From Vairimorpha necatrix (lineage: Eukaryota), in NCBI GenBank assembly GCA_036630325.1, contig CP142733.1, positions 62,001 to 126,000 of the forward strand: a stretch of 64,000 nt of DNA. The letters run 5' to 3'. A model generated the notes under the pieces. That model was not told the origin of the DNA. It worked only from the letters and a program-made list of their open reading frames with translations, and ran no database searches. Positions 24,805-36,598 of this stretch are shown piece after piece. The translations under genes were made by a program, and so were the position numbers. How positions within the stretch are numbered: the first letter of the stretch is position 1; each line of letters opens with the position of its first letter.

Positions 24805-25407
24805 ATGGCTCTCGGTAAACCAAAGCAGAAGAAATCTTTTGTTCCTAAACTTACTAAAGACCAAAAAGATGAAAAAGAGCGTCTTATCACCAAGAAGATT
24901 TCTAAACTAGCTGACGCCATCAAGAGACCCCCTGCTATCCAGCAGTTCAAGACTATCTTGGAATCTGAAGATTGTAAAAGAGCTCTCGCTCTTTTCTCTA
25001 AATACAAGCCCGAGACCCACGAAGAGAGACTCGAAAGGCTTAAGAAAAGTAACCCCCAGGAAGGGCCAAAGCCCATTTTGGCCAAACAGGGCTTGAGACA
25101 TGTCACTAGACTTATAGAGACAAAAAAGGCCAAATTTGTACTAGTGGCTGCTGATGTGAATCCTGCTGAACTTGTCTTGTTTATTCCTACTTTGTGTAAG
25201 AAGATGAATATTCCTTATGCTATAGTAGAGAGTCAGAATATGCTTGGGAGTGTGGTGAACATGAAGAAGACGACCATTCTCGCTTTATGTGATGTCAAGG
25301 GAGAAGATAAAAAGGAATTAGAAGAAATTATAAAGATAAGTAATGAAATGTTTAGTGAACAATATGAACAACATATGACAAGATGGGGAGGATTAAGAAC
25401 TAATTAA
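24805..25407 (+). CDS. RPL7A: 60S ribosomal protein L7a (eL8)
   Basis: [46 protein letters not shown] motifs. Confidence 0.93.
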   Translation: MALGKPKQKKSFVPKLTKDQKDEKERLITKKISKLADAIKRPPAIQQFKTILESEDCKRALALFSKYKPETHEERLERLKKSNPQEGPKPILAKQGLRHVTRLIETKKAKFVLVAADVNPAELVLFIPTLCKKMNIPYAIVESQNMLGSVVNMKKTTILALCDVKGEDKKELEEIIKISNEMFSEQYEQHMTRWGGLRTN

Positions 25408-25645
25408 AATTAATTTATTAATATATGAGGTATATCCTGTGAATATATTACAAAAGAGAAGAGCCAACTTATTTATTATATTTATGCATTGTATTTATGC
25501 AATATTATATGCATTTATTTATGCATAATTTATTTGTTGCATTATGCATTATATTATGCATTGTTTTATGCATTATATTATGCATAAATATAATATACAT
25601 ATTTTATATAATATTATATTTATAATGTATTGTAATGTTGTCTAA

Positions 25646-25975
<330 letters not shown>

Positions 25976-26244
25976 ATAAAAAATATTAAATATAGTAATT
26001 TGTTGTATTTAACAAACAAAATGTTTAATATAGTAATTTGTTGTATTTGACAAACAAAGTGTTTATGCAAAAAGCATAAATAGAAAAAAAAATGCATAAA
26101 TATGTGAAAAAAATATTCCTCAAAATATTTATAAAAAAATACTATGTAGATGTATAATGTATGTTATATAATGTATTTGTATGTTATATGTGTATTTATA
26201 CTTTGATAGCATCATGTGCGTACTAACTGAATAGAAAACGAAAA

Positions 26245-26322
26245 CATGTCCTAGTAGGTTTTTACGAATCCATGTCCTAGTAGGTTTCTACGAATCCATG
26301 TCCTAGTAGGTTTCTGTAAATC
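26245..26322. repeat. 3 x 26-bp tandem repeat CATGTCCTAGTAGGTTTYTACGAATC
   Basis: Units start at 26245, 26271 and 26297 (third is degenerate). Confidence 0.9.
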
Positions 26323-26574
26323 CAATGAAAGACACCATCTCCAATCAACATGTCCATCCTACTGCGCGGCTTATTTCAATGAAAAACACCGTAAAATATT
26401 TAGAATCTCTCAATATGCAGTACAAAAAAAAACATCATATTTATATTTACTTCTTATAAAATACAAGCAAAATTTATATCAAGTTAGAATTTCTATAATA
26501 TTCTATTCACAATGATTCCATTTACAATGATTCCTTACCATTTTAATCTTCTTGAAAAATTATTCCCTTAAGAA

Positions 26575-28035
26575 ATGGAAAAAAGTTCTAAATTCGGAAT
26601 AACAGGAGCCATGTCACTACAAGAAAGTACTTCACAAGATCTGAAATCTAGTCAAGAAATGGATAAATTTATCCAAGACTGTGGATTCTTCGAAGACGAA
26701 TTAGAGGCACTTACACGTGAAAGAGTCCTGGGGAGACTGAATTCACTACTTAAGAAATTTGTACAGAAAATATCTACAAAAGATGAAAATAATAATTTTG
26801 GTGGTAAAATCTTCACTTTTGGAAGTTATAGGCTGGGAGTGCACAGTAAAGGAGCAGACATTGATGTCTTGTGCGTAGTCCCGAAACATGTCACAAGAAA
26901 AAGCTTCTTTAGTGAATTCTATGAAATGTTATCAGAAGATCCAGATGTAAAAGAACTTACAAAAATAGAAGAAGCTTATGTGCCACTTATAAAATTAATA
27001 TATCAAGGAATACACATAGATCTCACTTTCGCCAGATTAAATATGAGTGTAGTCAAAGAAGATGTGAATTTACTAAATGACGTCATATTGAAGAATATGG
27101 ATGATAAATGTGTCCTAAGTATAAATGGGAGTAGAGTCACAGATGAAATATTAAATTTAATCCCGAATGTGAAAACATTTCACTCAGCTTTGAGATGTAT
27201 AAAATTCTGGGCAAAAAGAAGATGCATTTATGGGAATTCTTATGGATATTATCCAGGCGTGGCATTTTCTATTACAGTAGCCCGGACTTGTCAATTATTC
27301 CCAAATGCCTCGTCTTTCACGATAGTCCAGAAATTCTTCGAACTTTTCTCCTCTTGGAAGTGGCCCAGTCCTGTTCTTCTTAAGCCTGTCATAGATTTAA
27401 ATTATAATATGAAAGTATGGGATCCTAAAATATATCCTTCTGATAAATATCATAAGATGCCTGTGATCACGCCCGCTTACCCGTCAATATGTGCTACACA
27501 CAATATTACTCTTAGTACTCAGCAACTTATTATTAATGAATATATTAGAGGACACGAAATACTAACAAAAGAGAAAGGAAGTGTCAAGGACATATTATCA
27601 AAGTTATGTGCTGCCTCAGACTTCTTTCATAAATATAAATCTTATATACAAATTAATGCTGTATCTCTTGACGAATTAGATCATAAATTATGGGAAGGAT
27701 TTATAGAGTCAAAAATACGAATATTGGCCACTAAACTCGAGTCACTTGATGAAGTTTTGTATGCTGTCCCATTTCCCAGGTCATTTGAGATACCAACAGA
27801 GAAGATAAATTTATTAAAATATAAAATTAATAATGTAAAAAAGAGTACATCTTTTTTTATAGGACTAGAATGCCCTAGTACGAAGACTAAGAAGATTTAT
27901 ATTGATAACCCAGTAAAAGAGTTTATAGAATTTATTAATAGTTATGATAAGAAGAAAGAGAGTATGAATTTAGAAGTAACAAGCATGAGAAGAAGAGATG
28001 TCCATAACTTCTTCTCTGTAATTTATAGAACCTAA
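26575..28035 (+). CDS. PAP1: Canonical poly(A) polymerase
   Basis: FGSYRLGVH..GADID nucleotidyltransferase motif; MPVITPAYPS. Confidence 0.96.
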   Translation: MEKSSKFGITGAMSLQESTSQDLKSSQEMDKFIQDCGFFEDELEALTRERVLGRLNSLLKKFVQKISTKDENNNFGGKIFTFGSYRLGVHSKGADIDVLCVVPKHVTRKSFFSEFYEMLSEDPDVKELTKIEEAYVPLIKLIYQGIHIDLTFARLNMSVVKEDVNLLNDVILKNMDDKCVLSINGSRVTDEILNLIPNVKTFHSALRCIKFWAKRRCIYGNSYGYYPGVAFSITVARTCQLFPNASSFTIVQKFFELFSSWKWPSPVLLKPVIDLNYNMKVWDPKIYPSDKYHKMPVITPAYPSICATHNITLSTQQLIINEYIRGHEILTKEKGSVKDILSKLCAASDFFHKYKSYIQINAVSLDELDHKLWEGFIESKIRILATKLESLDEVLYAVPFPRSFEIPTEKINLLKYKINNVKKSTSFFIGLECPSTKTKKIYIDNPVKEFIEFINSYDKKKESMNLEVTSMRRRDVHNFFSVIYRT

Positions 28036-28150
28036 TAAAAATATTTTAAATATAAAACTAATGTATAAAGATTTGTTTGTATTGAAACAAAATTATATTC
28101 AAAATCTATATGTATGTTTATTTTTATCATATAATATTATCTTTTTATAA

Positions 28151-28222
28151 GGGGAATTAGCTCAGTGGTAGAGCGTTTGCTTAGCAAGTAAGAGGCCATG
28201 GGTTCGATCCCCATATTCTCCA
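28151..28222 (+). tRNA. tRNA-Ala (AGC)
   Basis: Cloverleaf with GGGGAAT/ATTCTCC acceptor containing G3:U70, anticodon loop TT-AGC-AA, GGTTCGATCC T-arm, TTTT terminator. Confidence 0.96.
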
Positions 28223-28457
28223 TTTTGTATATTATGCAAGAATGATTGATTTTTTTTCTAATATTGAAAACAAATGAGATGTTGACAATGTAAAATTACA
28301 GGTATATTAAATAATTTATTATTTTATTTCGATTTTTTATTATTAATTTCCCCAGTTTACAAACATTAAGGAAATCAATTAAAAATCCCATAAGGAAAAT
28401 ATTTCATGCATTTTATGCAAAAAAATATTCATTTTTTAAAACTTTCTCTTCTTCTCC

Positions 28458-28485
28458 TTTTTGGCGGGACATTTTCCCGCCTTTT
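28458..28485. promoter_or_regulatory. Inverted pair of E2F-like sites upstream of H2A
   Basis: TTTTTGGCGGGA-CATT-TTCCCGCC, ~45-70 bp upstream of the ATG. Confidence 0.5.
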
Positions 28486-28528
28486 ACTGGTCAAAAACTA
28501 TAAATAAACAAAAAAACTGAACCCTCAT

Positions 28529-28894
28529 ATGGCAACAGGCAAAGGAGGAAAAAAAGATCCACAATCTCAAGCTCATGATACCGAAGGCTCAAGCGCCAGT
28601 GTATTTAAATCTTCTCAGATTAAGAAAATCTTAAAAAACTGTTCAAAACAAAGAATCTCTAAAGATGCTTGTAAGGCTGTTTCTGCTGTCTTGATTTATA
28701 TTATGAGTGAAATTATGGATGGAGCTAGAAATACTGCGAATGCTGATGGTAAGAAGAAAATATTGCCTAAACATATTAATAGTGCCATTTGTAAAGACGT
28801 AGAACTTAATCATATTGGACATAATTGGATTATTAAGAGTGGAGGAGTTAAATCTAATGCTTTACCACAAGAATTAAATAAAAAGAGCGATTAA
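28529..28894 (+). CDS. Divergent histone H2A
   Basis: RISKDA..AVSAVL.YI..EI...A...A...KKKILPKHI..AI..D.EL.......I..GGV histone-fold pattern. Confidence 0.88.
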   Translation: MATGKGGKKDPQSQAHDTEGSSASVFKSSQIKKILKNCSKQRISKDACKAVSAVLIYIMSEIMDGARNTANADGKKKILPKHINSAICKDVELNHIGHNWIIKSGGVKSNALPQELNKKSD

Positions 28895-29184
28895 GGTACT
28901 TAATAAAATATTATCTGTTAAAAAAATATTTTTATCTTTTATTGATTAATTATTTTAATTATTCATAGTTTATTATATTGCAACTTTATCTTTTACATGA
29001 ATTTGTATTATAATATATATACAAATATAATAACATGCAATATATATTTTTTATGCACTATAATTTTATCATTTTAAGGTCATTTAAAAATTTAAATTTT
29101 ATGCATTTATGCTTTATTTTGCCAGTTTGTTGGTTAACCAACAAACTGATTTAAACATTTATTTGTGAAAAAAAATTTGCATAA

Positions 29185-30753
29185 ATGACAAAAAAAGTCC
29201 GAGTCTGCAAAAACTTCACCTACTACTCGATCATCAAAGAAGCAATCTTATCCGAAAAAGGTAAGAAAGCCACATCTTCACAAATCTTCGCTTACATAAC
29301 AAACAAACATCCACTATTATTTCGAGAAAGCAATTCCATGACATGGAAAGGAAACATTCGTCAATTGCTTAGTAAAAATCCTGAATTCGTCAAACTACAG
29401 AAAGATGAAATATCTAAGTTACATTATTGGAAATTTGTACCTTTAGAAGAAATTATAGAAAATGAGAAAGATTCGTTTTATAGCAATGCAAATCCAATGG
29501 TTAATGAAGAATGTGGTCAATATTCTAATTATTATGATACTAGATCTTACAAATACCAATTTCATGCACCTGTGTTTAATTATCAGAATTCGTTTTATAA
29601 TCAACAGAATACAATTTATGATCAGATGTGTTATTACCAAGATGAACATATTAATAATAATTTCGTGTATAATAAGAAATATGATACACCACCATCATAT
29701 TATCATAGAGATGTAAGTATACATGAATTTAGAGATATAGAAAATAAAAAAAGGATGTTTAACAAAGAATTAAAGAGATTTAATTGTTCAGAAGTATTTG
29801 AAGATATAAAATCCAATAATAAGATCTTTAAAAATGAAGAAAAGATTTATAAAGAACAAGATTGTAGGTCTAGGATCTATAAAGAACAAGATAGTGCGTC
29901 TAGGATTTATAAAGAACTAGATGGTGCTGCTAAGATATTCGATAATAATAAGACACAGTTAGAAGAATTATATAATTCACTTAATAAAGTCAAGAATGAT
30001 ACAGATTTCGTATATCTGACGAAAGAAGATCTGATTGTCGAAGATCAAGAAGAAAATAAGCAGATTATTTCTAATATATCAGATTTCCTTAATTCAGATA
30101 ATAGTATTCAAAATATAGAAGCAGACAAAATACAAGTAGATCTTGAAGAAGATCTAAACAAGATTAATGAAAGAGATTTAAATATAGAACATAATGGAAG
30201 GAAAAATATTAATGGAGATCTAAAAAGCAATATAAAACAAGAAAATATAAATGAAGATCTGAAAATAAATATAGAAAATAATAAAGAAGATTTAAAAGAT
30301 AAAATTAATAAAGACATTGATGACGAGACTAATCAAATCGAAAAAGAAAATCAAAATGATAAAAATGTAAATAGAAATACTAAAAATACAAATACAATAG
30401 ATAAAATTTACGATAAAGATCTCAATGATAAAATAGAAAATTTAAAAGAGACAAATAGAATTATTGAAAATACAAATACAATAGATAAAATTTACGATAA
30501 AGATCTCAATGATAAAATAGAAAATATAAAAGATACAAATACAATTATTGAAAATACAAATATAATAGATAAAATTAACGACGAGAACATCAGAGAAATC
30601 GATATTAATGATAGAAATAGTAAATTGAATAATAAACATACAAAAGACAGATATATTCCAAAAGGCGTCAAAGAAACAAAATTAAAACCAAACAACAAAG
30701 TTAGAAATCTAAGAAGATCCCAGAAAAATAAGTCCTTGAATTCTCAACCCTAA
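29185..30753 (+). CDS. Forkhead (winged-helix) transcription factor with low-complexity repeat tail
   Basis: TYYSIIKEAI...SQIFAYI...WKGNIRQLLS.NPEFVK...YW; internal duplication NTNTIDKIYDKDLNDKIEN. Confidence 0.85.
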   Translation: MTKKVRVCKNFTYYSIIKEAILSEKGKKATSSQIFAYITNKHPLLFRESNSMTWKGNIRQLLSKNPEFVKLQKDEISKLHYWKFVPLEEIIENEKDSFYSNANPMVNEECGQYSNYYDTRSYKYQFHAPVFNYQNSFYNQQNTIYDQMCYYQDEHINNNFVYNKKYDTPPSYYHRDVSIHEFRDIENKKRMFNKELKRFNCSEVFEDIKSNNKIFKNEEKIYKEQDCRSRIYKEQDSASRIYKELDGAAKIFDNNKTQLEELYNSLNKVKNDTDFVYLTKEDLIVEDQEENKQIISNISDFLNSDNSIQNIEADKIQVDLEEDLNKINERDLNIEHNGRKNINGDLKSNIKQENINEDLKINIENNKEDLKDKINKDIDDETNQIEKENQNDKNVNRNTKNTNTIDKIYDKDLNDKIENLKETNRIIENTNTIDKIYDKDLNDKIENIKDTNTIIENTNIIDKINDENIREIDINDRNSKLNNKHTKDRYIPKGVKETKLKPNNKVRNLRRSQKNKSLNSQP

Positions 30754-30809
30754 GAAATTAAAAAATTGAATATTTTTATTCTTTTTTTTACAATAAGTTT
30801 ATCCCTCAT

Positions 30810-33569
30810 ATGAAAATTCTTAACTTATTTACAAAATTAGAATCAAAGAAGCCGGTTTCAATATTCAGCCTAGATATTCTGGACAAGATGATTGTGACAG
30901 CTTGTACAAATGGAGATGTAGATTTATATAAAAATGAAGACAAATTATACAAGACAGTTAAGAAACATGCGGGCTCGGTCTTGTGTGTTAGATTTAACCC
31001 TAAGGGGAATTTTATAGCCTCATGTGGGGATGACGGGACTGTCATAATTTATGACCTTGAACTTCAGGCCATTTTTTCTTGTAAATTTCACAATGGAGAT
31101 GTGACGAATGTTTTATGGACTGATAAATATTTGATCAGTGTCGGACATGACGGATTTATAATTTTTTATGATAATCAGAATTTTAAAGTTTTATCAAAAA
31201 TTAAGTCGCATGAAAATAAAATTACAGGAGTAGCAGCCAGTAGAAAGAATAATTTCATCTGTACACAAGGAGATGATGGCTTGACCTTGTACAAGAATAA
31301 TGTGATTTACAAGAAGATACCACCCAATGAAGGAATTATTCTTGAGTCATTCTTCTCTAGAATGAGTTGGTCTCCTGATGGCCTGATTTTCTCCTGTGGG
31401 TTGTCTTTCAATCAGAAGATGAATTCCATAGAAATTTACAATATAGAAATGGAGTCGAAATATTCTTTACTGGGCCATGTGGCCCCATGTGAAGTAACAA
31501 GTTTCAATCCTAATACTTTCACTACAGATTCAAAGCAGTATTTTATATTAGCAGTCGGGTCTCAAGATTTATCTATAAGTTTATGGACTACTCTGTCCCC
31601 TTACCCTTTTCTACTTGTTAAGAATGTCTGCGAGTTGCCTATTTTAGATTTGACATGGTCCAGTGATGGATCTTCTTTTTATTTCTGTGCTTATGATGGC
31701 AAAGTCGGCAAATTAGAATTCAATTTATTAGAATTAGGAAATATTTCTAATTTAGATAATAAGATAGAGAATTCTGACTTATTTATAACTCTAATGAATG
31801 CAGAAAGTTATGATTCTAAAGTACAAAGATTAATTTATCCCAGACACATAAAAGAAAAAAGTGAGAATTATAGACCGAATATCAACAATGACGCAAAGAT
31901 GAGTAAAAATAAAGATTTTATAGGACCAAGAAGACCAGCAGATCCAAATCATCCCATGTATAAAGACCAAGGGAATATTATAGATTATATGAATAGACCT
32001 AAGAAAGAACTTAAGGAGGAAATGAAAAATGTATCAGATAGTAGTCATAAATATAAGGAGGAGAATAAATATATAATAGAAGAAAATAAAGACAATATGG
32101 CAAGAAGAAAAAAGACCACCAAGAAAGAGACAGTCAACAATGAGACAACGAACAACGAGACAGTCAACAATGATAATATAGTCCCAACAGACGAGAGTAT
32201 AATAAGAACAATAGTAGACTCAGTAAGAATAATTGAAGAGAATCAAAATACTACCGAAGCAGAGACTAATACTCTAGGAGTCGAAACTAATATAAATACG
32301 CCTACTTTACAAGATAACACAGTAGATACAACAAATAATAATGTGGAAACAAACAATAATATGCAAACAAATATTGTAGAAACAAATAACAACGAACAAG
32401 CAAATAATAATGTAGAAATAAATGATACTAGAAGAGTCACATTCGAGGAAACAAATAACACAGTGGAATCAACAATTAATACTCCTGTTGTAAATATTGT
32501 AAGAAATAATACACAGGAGGAAACAGAACTTACGCCCGCCGAGCAGGCACGAATAAATGATCAAATAAGAAATCCTGCACTGAGACTAAGAGACGTCAGG
32601 GATGTTGTAAATGAGGAAGAAAGAGTGGCAGAAGAACAAAGGCAAGCAGCAGCGCAGAGGCAAGAGGCCGCGACTCAGGCTAGAGTCGTAAGGAAGAGGT
32701 CTATAAGACCAGTGGCCACGCCAGACAAAAATGAAATGACTCAAATTTCCATGTTCAATATTAAAGAACAAGTCAAAATTGAAAATGGGAAGATTGAGGA
32801 ATATTCCAAGGAATTTGGAGACTACACCGTAGAATTAAATCCAGAGAAGAACAAATTGACCATAAAAAGATTTTCTTATGATTTCTTCGAGATACATGGA
32901 GATTTTAAGTTTCTCTGTGCCTCTAAAAAGTACATTTGTGTGTACACCACTGATATTGAGATTTATAGTTTAAAAACTGGCACTCTTGTTGCTCCTTTGA
33001 TTGGATCAGGGAATGTCCTTTACATGGACATTTACAGAGACAAAGTCCTCTTTTTAAATGGAGACGGGTCAATAATAATATTTGATATAAAAAATAATAA
33101 GATCAAAACTACTAGAGTCCCGAGATATGACACAATATTGAAGATCAAGTTCAGTAAATTGTACAATGTAATATGCCACTATAAAGACTGCTCTTATGTT
33201 TTAGATAAACCGACAAATCTTTGGTATTTACTAAGAAAAGAATGGAATGATGTGCACACTAAGAAAACAGACTACAATAATACGATAGATGAGACACTAA
33301 AAAGATTAGAAAACAGCTTCATGATAAATTTCAAGATCAAGAGACACGATAAACTAAAAGAAATAGCAAGAAAAATGGTAAAGCAACTTAAAAATTTAGA
33401 AATGACAGATCATCTTGAAAATATTTACTCGAATATTTTTAAGGGCTTGGTACAACTGGGACATAAGAAATTTACATATAATTGTATGAAGAAATTGGGC
33501 AAGAACTTAAATCTACAATATTTTTGTAATAAAATATATCTTCTGTTATTGGATTCTAAGAAGACTTAA
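30810..33569 (+). CDS. HIR1: HIRA/HIR1 histone chaperone (WD40)
   Basis: WD40 repeats with FFSRMSWSPDG, LAVGSQDLSISLW, ILDLTWSSDG; B-domain-like RKRSIRP; N/T-rich linker. Confidence 0.85.
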   Translation: MKILNLFTKLESKKPVSIFSLDILDKMIVTACTNGDVDLYKNEDKLYKTVKKHAGSVLCVRFNPKGNFIASCGDDGTVIIYDLELQAIFSCKFHNGDVTNVLWTDKYLISVGHDGFIIFYDNQNFKVLSKIKSHENKITGVAASRKNNFICTQGDDGLTLYKNNVIYKKIPPNEGIILESFFSRMSWSPDGLIFSCGLSFNQKMNSIEIYNIEMESKYSLLGHVAPCEVTSFNPNTFTTDSKQYFILAVGSQDLSISLWTTLSPYPFLLVKNVCELPILDLTWSSDGSSFYFCAYDGKVGKLEFNLLELGNISNLDNKIENSDLFITLMNAESYDSKVQRLIYPRHIKEKSENYRPNINNDAKMSKNKDFIGPRRPADPNHPMYKDQGNIIDYMNRPKKELKEEMKNVSDSSHKYKEENKYIIEENKDNMARRKKTTKKETVNNETTNNETVNNDNIVPTDESIIRTIVDSVRIIEENQNTTEAETNTLGVETNINTPTLQDNTVDTTNNNVETNNNMQTNIVETNNNEQANNNVEINDTRRVTFEETNNTVESTINTPVVNIVRNNTQEETELTPAEQARINDQIRNPALRLRDVRDVVNEEERVAEEQRQAAAQRQEAATQARVVRKRSIRPVATPDKNEMTQISMFNIKEQVKIENGKIEEYSKEFGDYTVELNPEKNKLTIKRFSYDFFEIHGDFKFLCASKKYICVYTTDIEIYSLKTGTLVAPLIGSGNVLYMDIYRDKVLFLNGDGSIIIFDIKNNKIKTTRVPRYDTILKIKFSKLYNVICHYKDCSYVLDKPTNLWYLLRKEWNDVHTKKTDYNNTIDETLKRLENSFMINFKIKRHDKLKEIARKMVKQLKNLEMTDHLENIYSNIFKGLVQLGHKKFTYNCMKKLGKNLNLQYFCNKIYLLLLDSKKT

Positions 33570-34779
33570 AAAAAATAAAGAAATTATAGTACGAAAAAAA
33601 AACATATTTAAAAAATTTTAATTTAATTATGTTATATTGATTTTATATCTAGTGGTAAAAAAATATAATATTTTTTATTTTGAGATTTATAATTAGTAAT
33701 ATAAAACATATTGCATCTTGATATCTCTATTTAAATTAGAAAAAAAACGAATCTAGTGCACCAGATAGCAAGACGACCAGATTAGTATAAATCTGAATTT
33801 ATTAGGTATAAACATTTTTATTTATAAATATACTTAAATATAGCTATTATAGTGATTAAAAAACTAAATAAATAATTGACAAACAAAAATTGGAAAATTT
33901 TTACAACTAATATAAATTATGGTAGGATAAAAAAAATAAACATTTATTAGAAGAATCCCGCTTAGATAAAGATAAAACTTTAAAAAACGCGATCGATTAA
34001 AATATAGCACGTTTCTTTTAGTAGAGTTATAAATCAATTGACCTTTACAATAAAATGTTGATTTTTAAAATTTTTTAATTTAGAAAAATATCTTGAAAGT
34101 ATCTAGTAAATCTTTATAGTAGGAAAGCTACAGTTTGCATCTAAAAATTTAATCCCTGTAGACATGTAAACGACAAATCATATGATGACAATAAGTCTTT
34201 CAATATTCAGCATAGCCAGCGCGGAAACATATAAAGATTTATAAAAGGTTGTAGGGATATGATACAATATTTTACACGTGTAAGAGTATGCTTTCTTTTT
34301 ATTGTATAATTTTTCCACTTAAATTAGTGTATAGCTTAAGAATGTCTTGTGTATGTTTTGTATACAGTAACTTATAAGGTGTACTAAAAGTATAAATCAA
34401 TTCGTTTAATAATTTACGTATATATTAGCAAAAATAAAATAAAAATAAAAAAAAAAATTGAAGTTTTTTATAAATGATCAATAACGAGTTCTTTTCTTAT
34501 TAAATAATATTTAGATTTGCTAAATATATTGAACTGTCAAAATACCTCTTTATTTTTAATATTAACATGTAAACAAACGAACAGGTAGAAATGCGAGACG
34601 GCTGTATGATAAGCCATCATACTAATTAAAAACAAATTGAAAAAAAAATTATAGAACCATGGATCGCAAGTTTTAGCAATCTGAATATAGCAAAACAATA
34701 AAGAAACATACACAAGTTATATCAAAGTAGTTGCGTAATATGAACAAATTAATTGTTAAAGAGTTGAGTGCAGTAACTA

Positions 34780-34960
34780 ATCCAACCCGCTATACGCTAA
34801 AGATGTCCCTAGGTTTCATAACGAAAGAATACATACAGACAAGAGTCTTTAAAATGACTTTGGAAAGTCTAGTGGCGTCAAGGGGCATAATCTTGATACT
34901 GAACAGAGCAGGATATTCAAAAAAATGAATAGAGGGATGTCTTGAGGATATTTGTAAACT
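34780..34960 (+). mobile_element. Possible short, old non-LTR RT remnant
   Basis: LESLVASRGII..NRAG resembles MQLIVESRGLLAENQLG of the RT at 60.3-60.7 kb. Confidence 0.35.
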
Positions 34961-35176
34961 GGTGCCGGAAGGATTGGTGTATATAATTGAAGTGAATTAA
35001 TTTTATCGTTATTATTAAAAATTTAACTTAATTTAAAAAATGTTAACCGTGAAAATTTTTATCCAATAAAAATTTTTGAACCAGGAACCAATTTCTTTGA
35101 TGCTATCTATCATTTTGATATAACTTTATATATATTTTTTGATTTGACAACAAAATTTATTTTAAGAACTATATTT

Positions 35177-36598
35177 TTATTTTGTACTTGTTCTGTCACA
35201 CACTATACTACTTAGATATTTCCCTCTTTCTTCTTTATTGTTCCATAATTGTTCATAACTTTTAGTTTTGATTTTGTTCATTGGTCTGATTTTTCCCGTC
35301 ATAGGTCTATCTTTATATCCTCGATCCATTGACCCACAAATACACCACATAATTCCCATATATCCATTGGGATCATTCCCATCAACTGAATATTTATCAT
35401 TCAATTCTATAGCTATTTTTATAGCCTCTTCTGGCGTCTTAGTCCATTTAACTATTTGTTTCGCCCAATACATTCTTACATATCCATGTATTTTATTCAT
35501 CGTAATCAATTGAATTTGTGCAGCATTCCAAAGCAAATCCTCTGTCTTCCCTTCTTCTAATTCTTTTTTACTATACAATCTTTCTCTTTTATCCTTAGTA
35601 TGATCTTTAAGACTATTCCTCGCCCATTCTAATGCTCCTTGTATATTATCATAATCTTTATTATGTAGACAAAAGTGTTCAGACGTTTCTCTCCATATAA
35701 ATATCTCAGAGACAAATCCTTCAAGATTGCCTTTATCTTTTTTGTAAAATTTTTCATATGCCAATTTTATAATCTTGTGTGGACTTAATATGCCTAAATG
35801 CAGATACGGAGAAATATTACTTAATCCATCAACATCTGGATTATTACGATCTTTATTGTACATATAAAATTTTTTGTCAAAAAAATCTTCTAATACTTTC
35901 ATGCCTGCTTTGTGTCCTCCTTGATAATATTTTGATTTTTCGTAATTAGGTAATTTGCAAATATTTTTTTCAACTTTCTTTTTATTATTAAATTTATGAG
36001 ACTGTAGTTTTTCCCATACATCGACTATAAATTTCATATTATCGTCTATAAAATTTTTATCTTGTACTGCTTTTTCTATTTTTATGTTTTCGTATTCATC
36101 TAAATATTCGAAAAAAAATTTATAAAGTTGTATTTTTACAGAACTACTAGTGCGTTTGTAAATTGACAATAATTTACATGGTACGACATTGTGGCTATCA
36201 ATCAAAACACAAAATAAATCATTATTTTTCGATAGATCAGTAATTTTTTTATAAAATTTAGTATATTCTCGTAAAGGACAGTAATCAAGTATTATATTCT
36301 TTATATTATTAGTGCTTATAAATTCTTCTAATTTTTCTAATATATTAAAATATAAATTATATTTTTTACTATCAGAAGTAAGTTCCTCAATGTTTTCCAA
36401 TATGAGGCTGTACTGGACTTCGTTATATTTGAGGTGTTTTAATGGAATACCTATAAAAAATTCGGATTTGTAATGGTATGATAAATTGTATCCGTATTGT
36501 ATACAGTGATTATTGTATAATCTTTGATCTCTCACAGAAATATATAATACATTACCTTTTTTAGGAGAACCAGCTAATAATTCAAGTCTGTTTTTCAT
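35177..36598 (-). CDS. Class II CPD photolyase, canonical copy
   Basis: RDQR..NN, SNISPYLHLG, WRE, HGYVRMYWAK, LNDKY..DGNDPNGY.GI.W.I.G..DR, GKIRPM. Confidence 0.95.
   Translation of the reverse strand: MKNRLELLAGSPKKGNVLYISVRDQRLYNNHCIQYGYNLSYHYKSEFFIGIPLKHLKYNEVQYSLILENIEELTSDSKKYNLYFNILEKLEEFISTNNIKNIILDYCPLREYTKFYKKITDLSKNNDLFCVLIDSHNVVPCKLLSIYKRTSSSVKIQLYKFFFEYLDEYENIKIEKAVQDKNFIDDNMKFIVDVWEKLQSHKFNNKKKVEKNICKLPNYEKSKYYQGGHKAGMKVLEDFFDKKFYMYNKDRNNPDVDGLSNISPYLHLGILSPHKIIKLAYEKFYKKDKGNLEGFVSEIFIWRETSEHFCLHNKDYDNIQGALEWARNSLKDHTKDKRERLYSKKELEEGKTEDLLWNAAQIQLITMNKIHGYVRMYWAKQIVKWTKTPEEAIKIAIELNDKYSVDGNDPNGYMGIMWCICGSMDRGYKDRPMTGKIRPMNKIKTKSYEQLWNNKEERGKYLSSIVCDRTSTK

Noticed and set aside
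26245-26322. CRISPR-like repeat
   Set aside because: Units are contiguous with no spacers; eukaryotic context, no cas genes.
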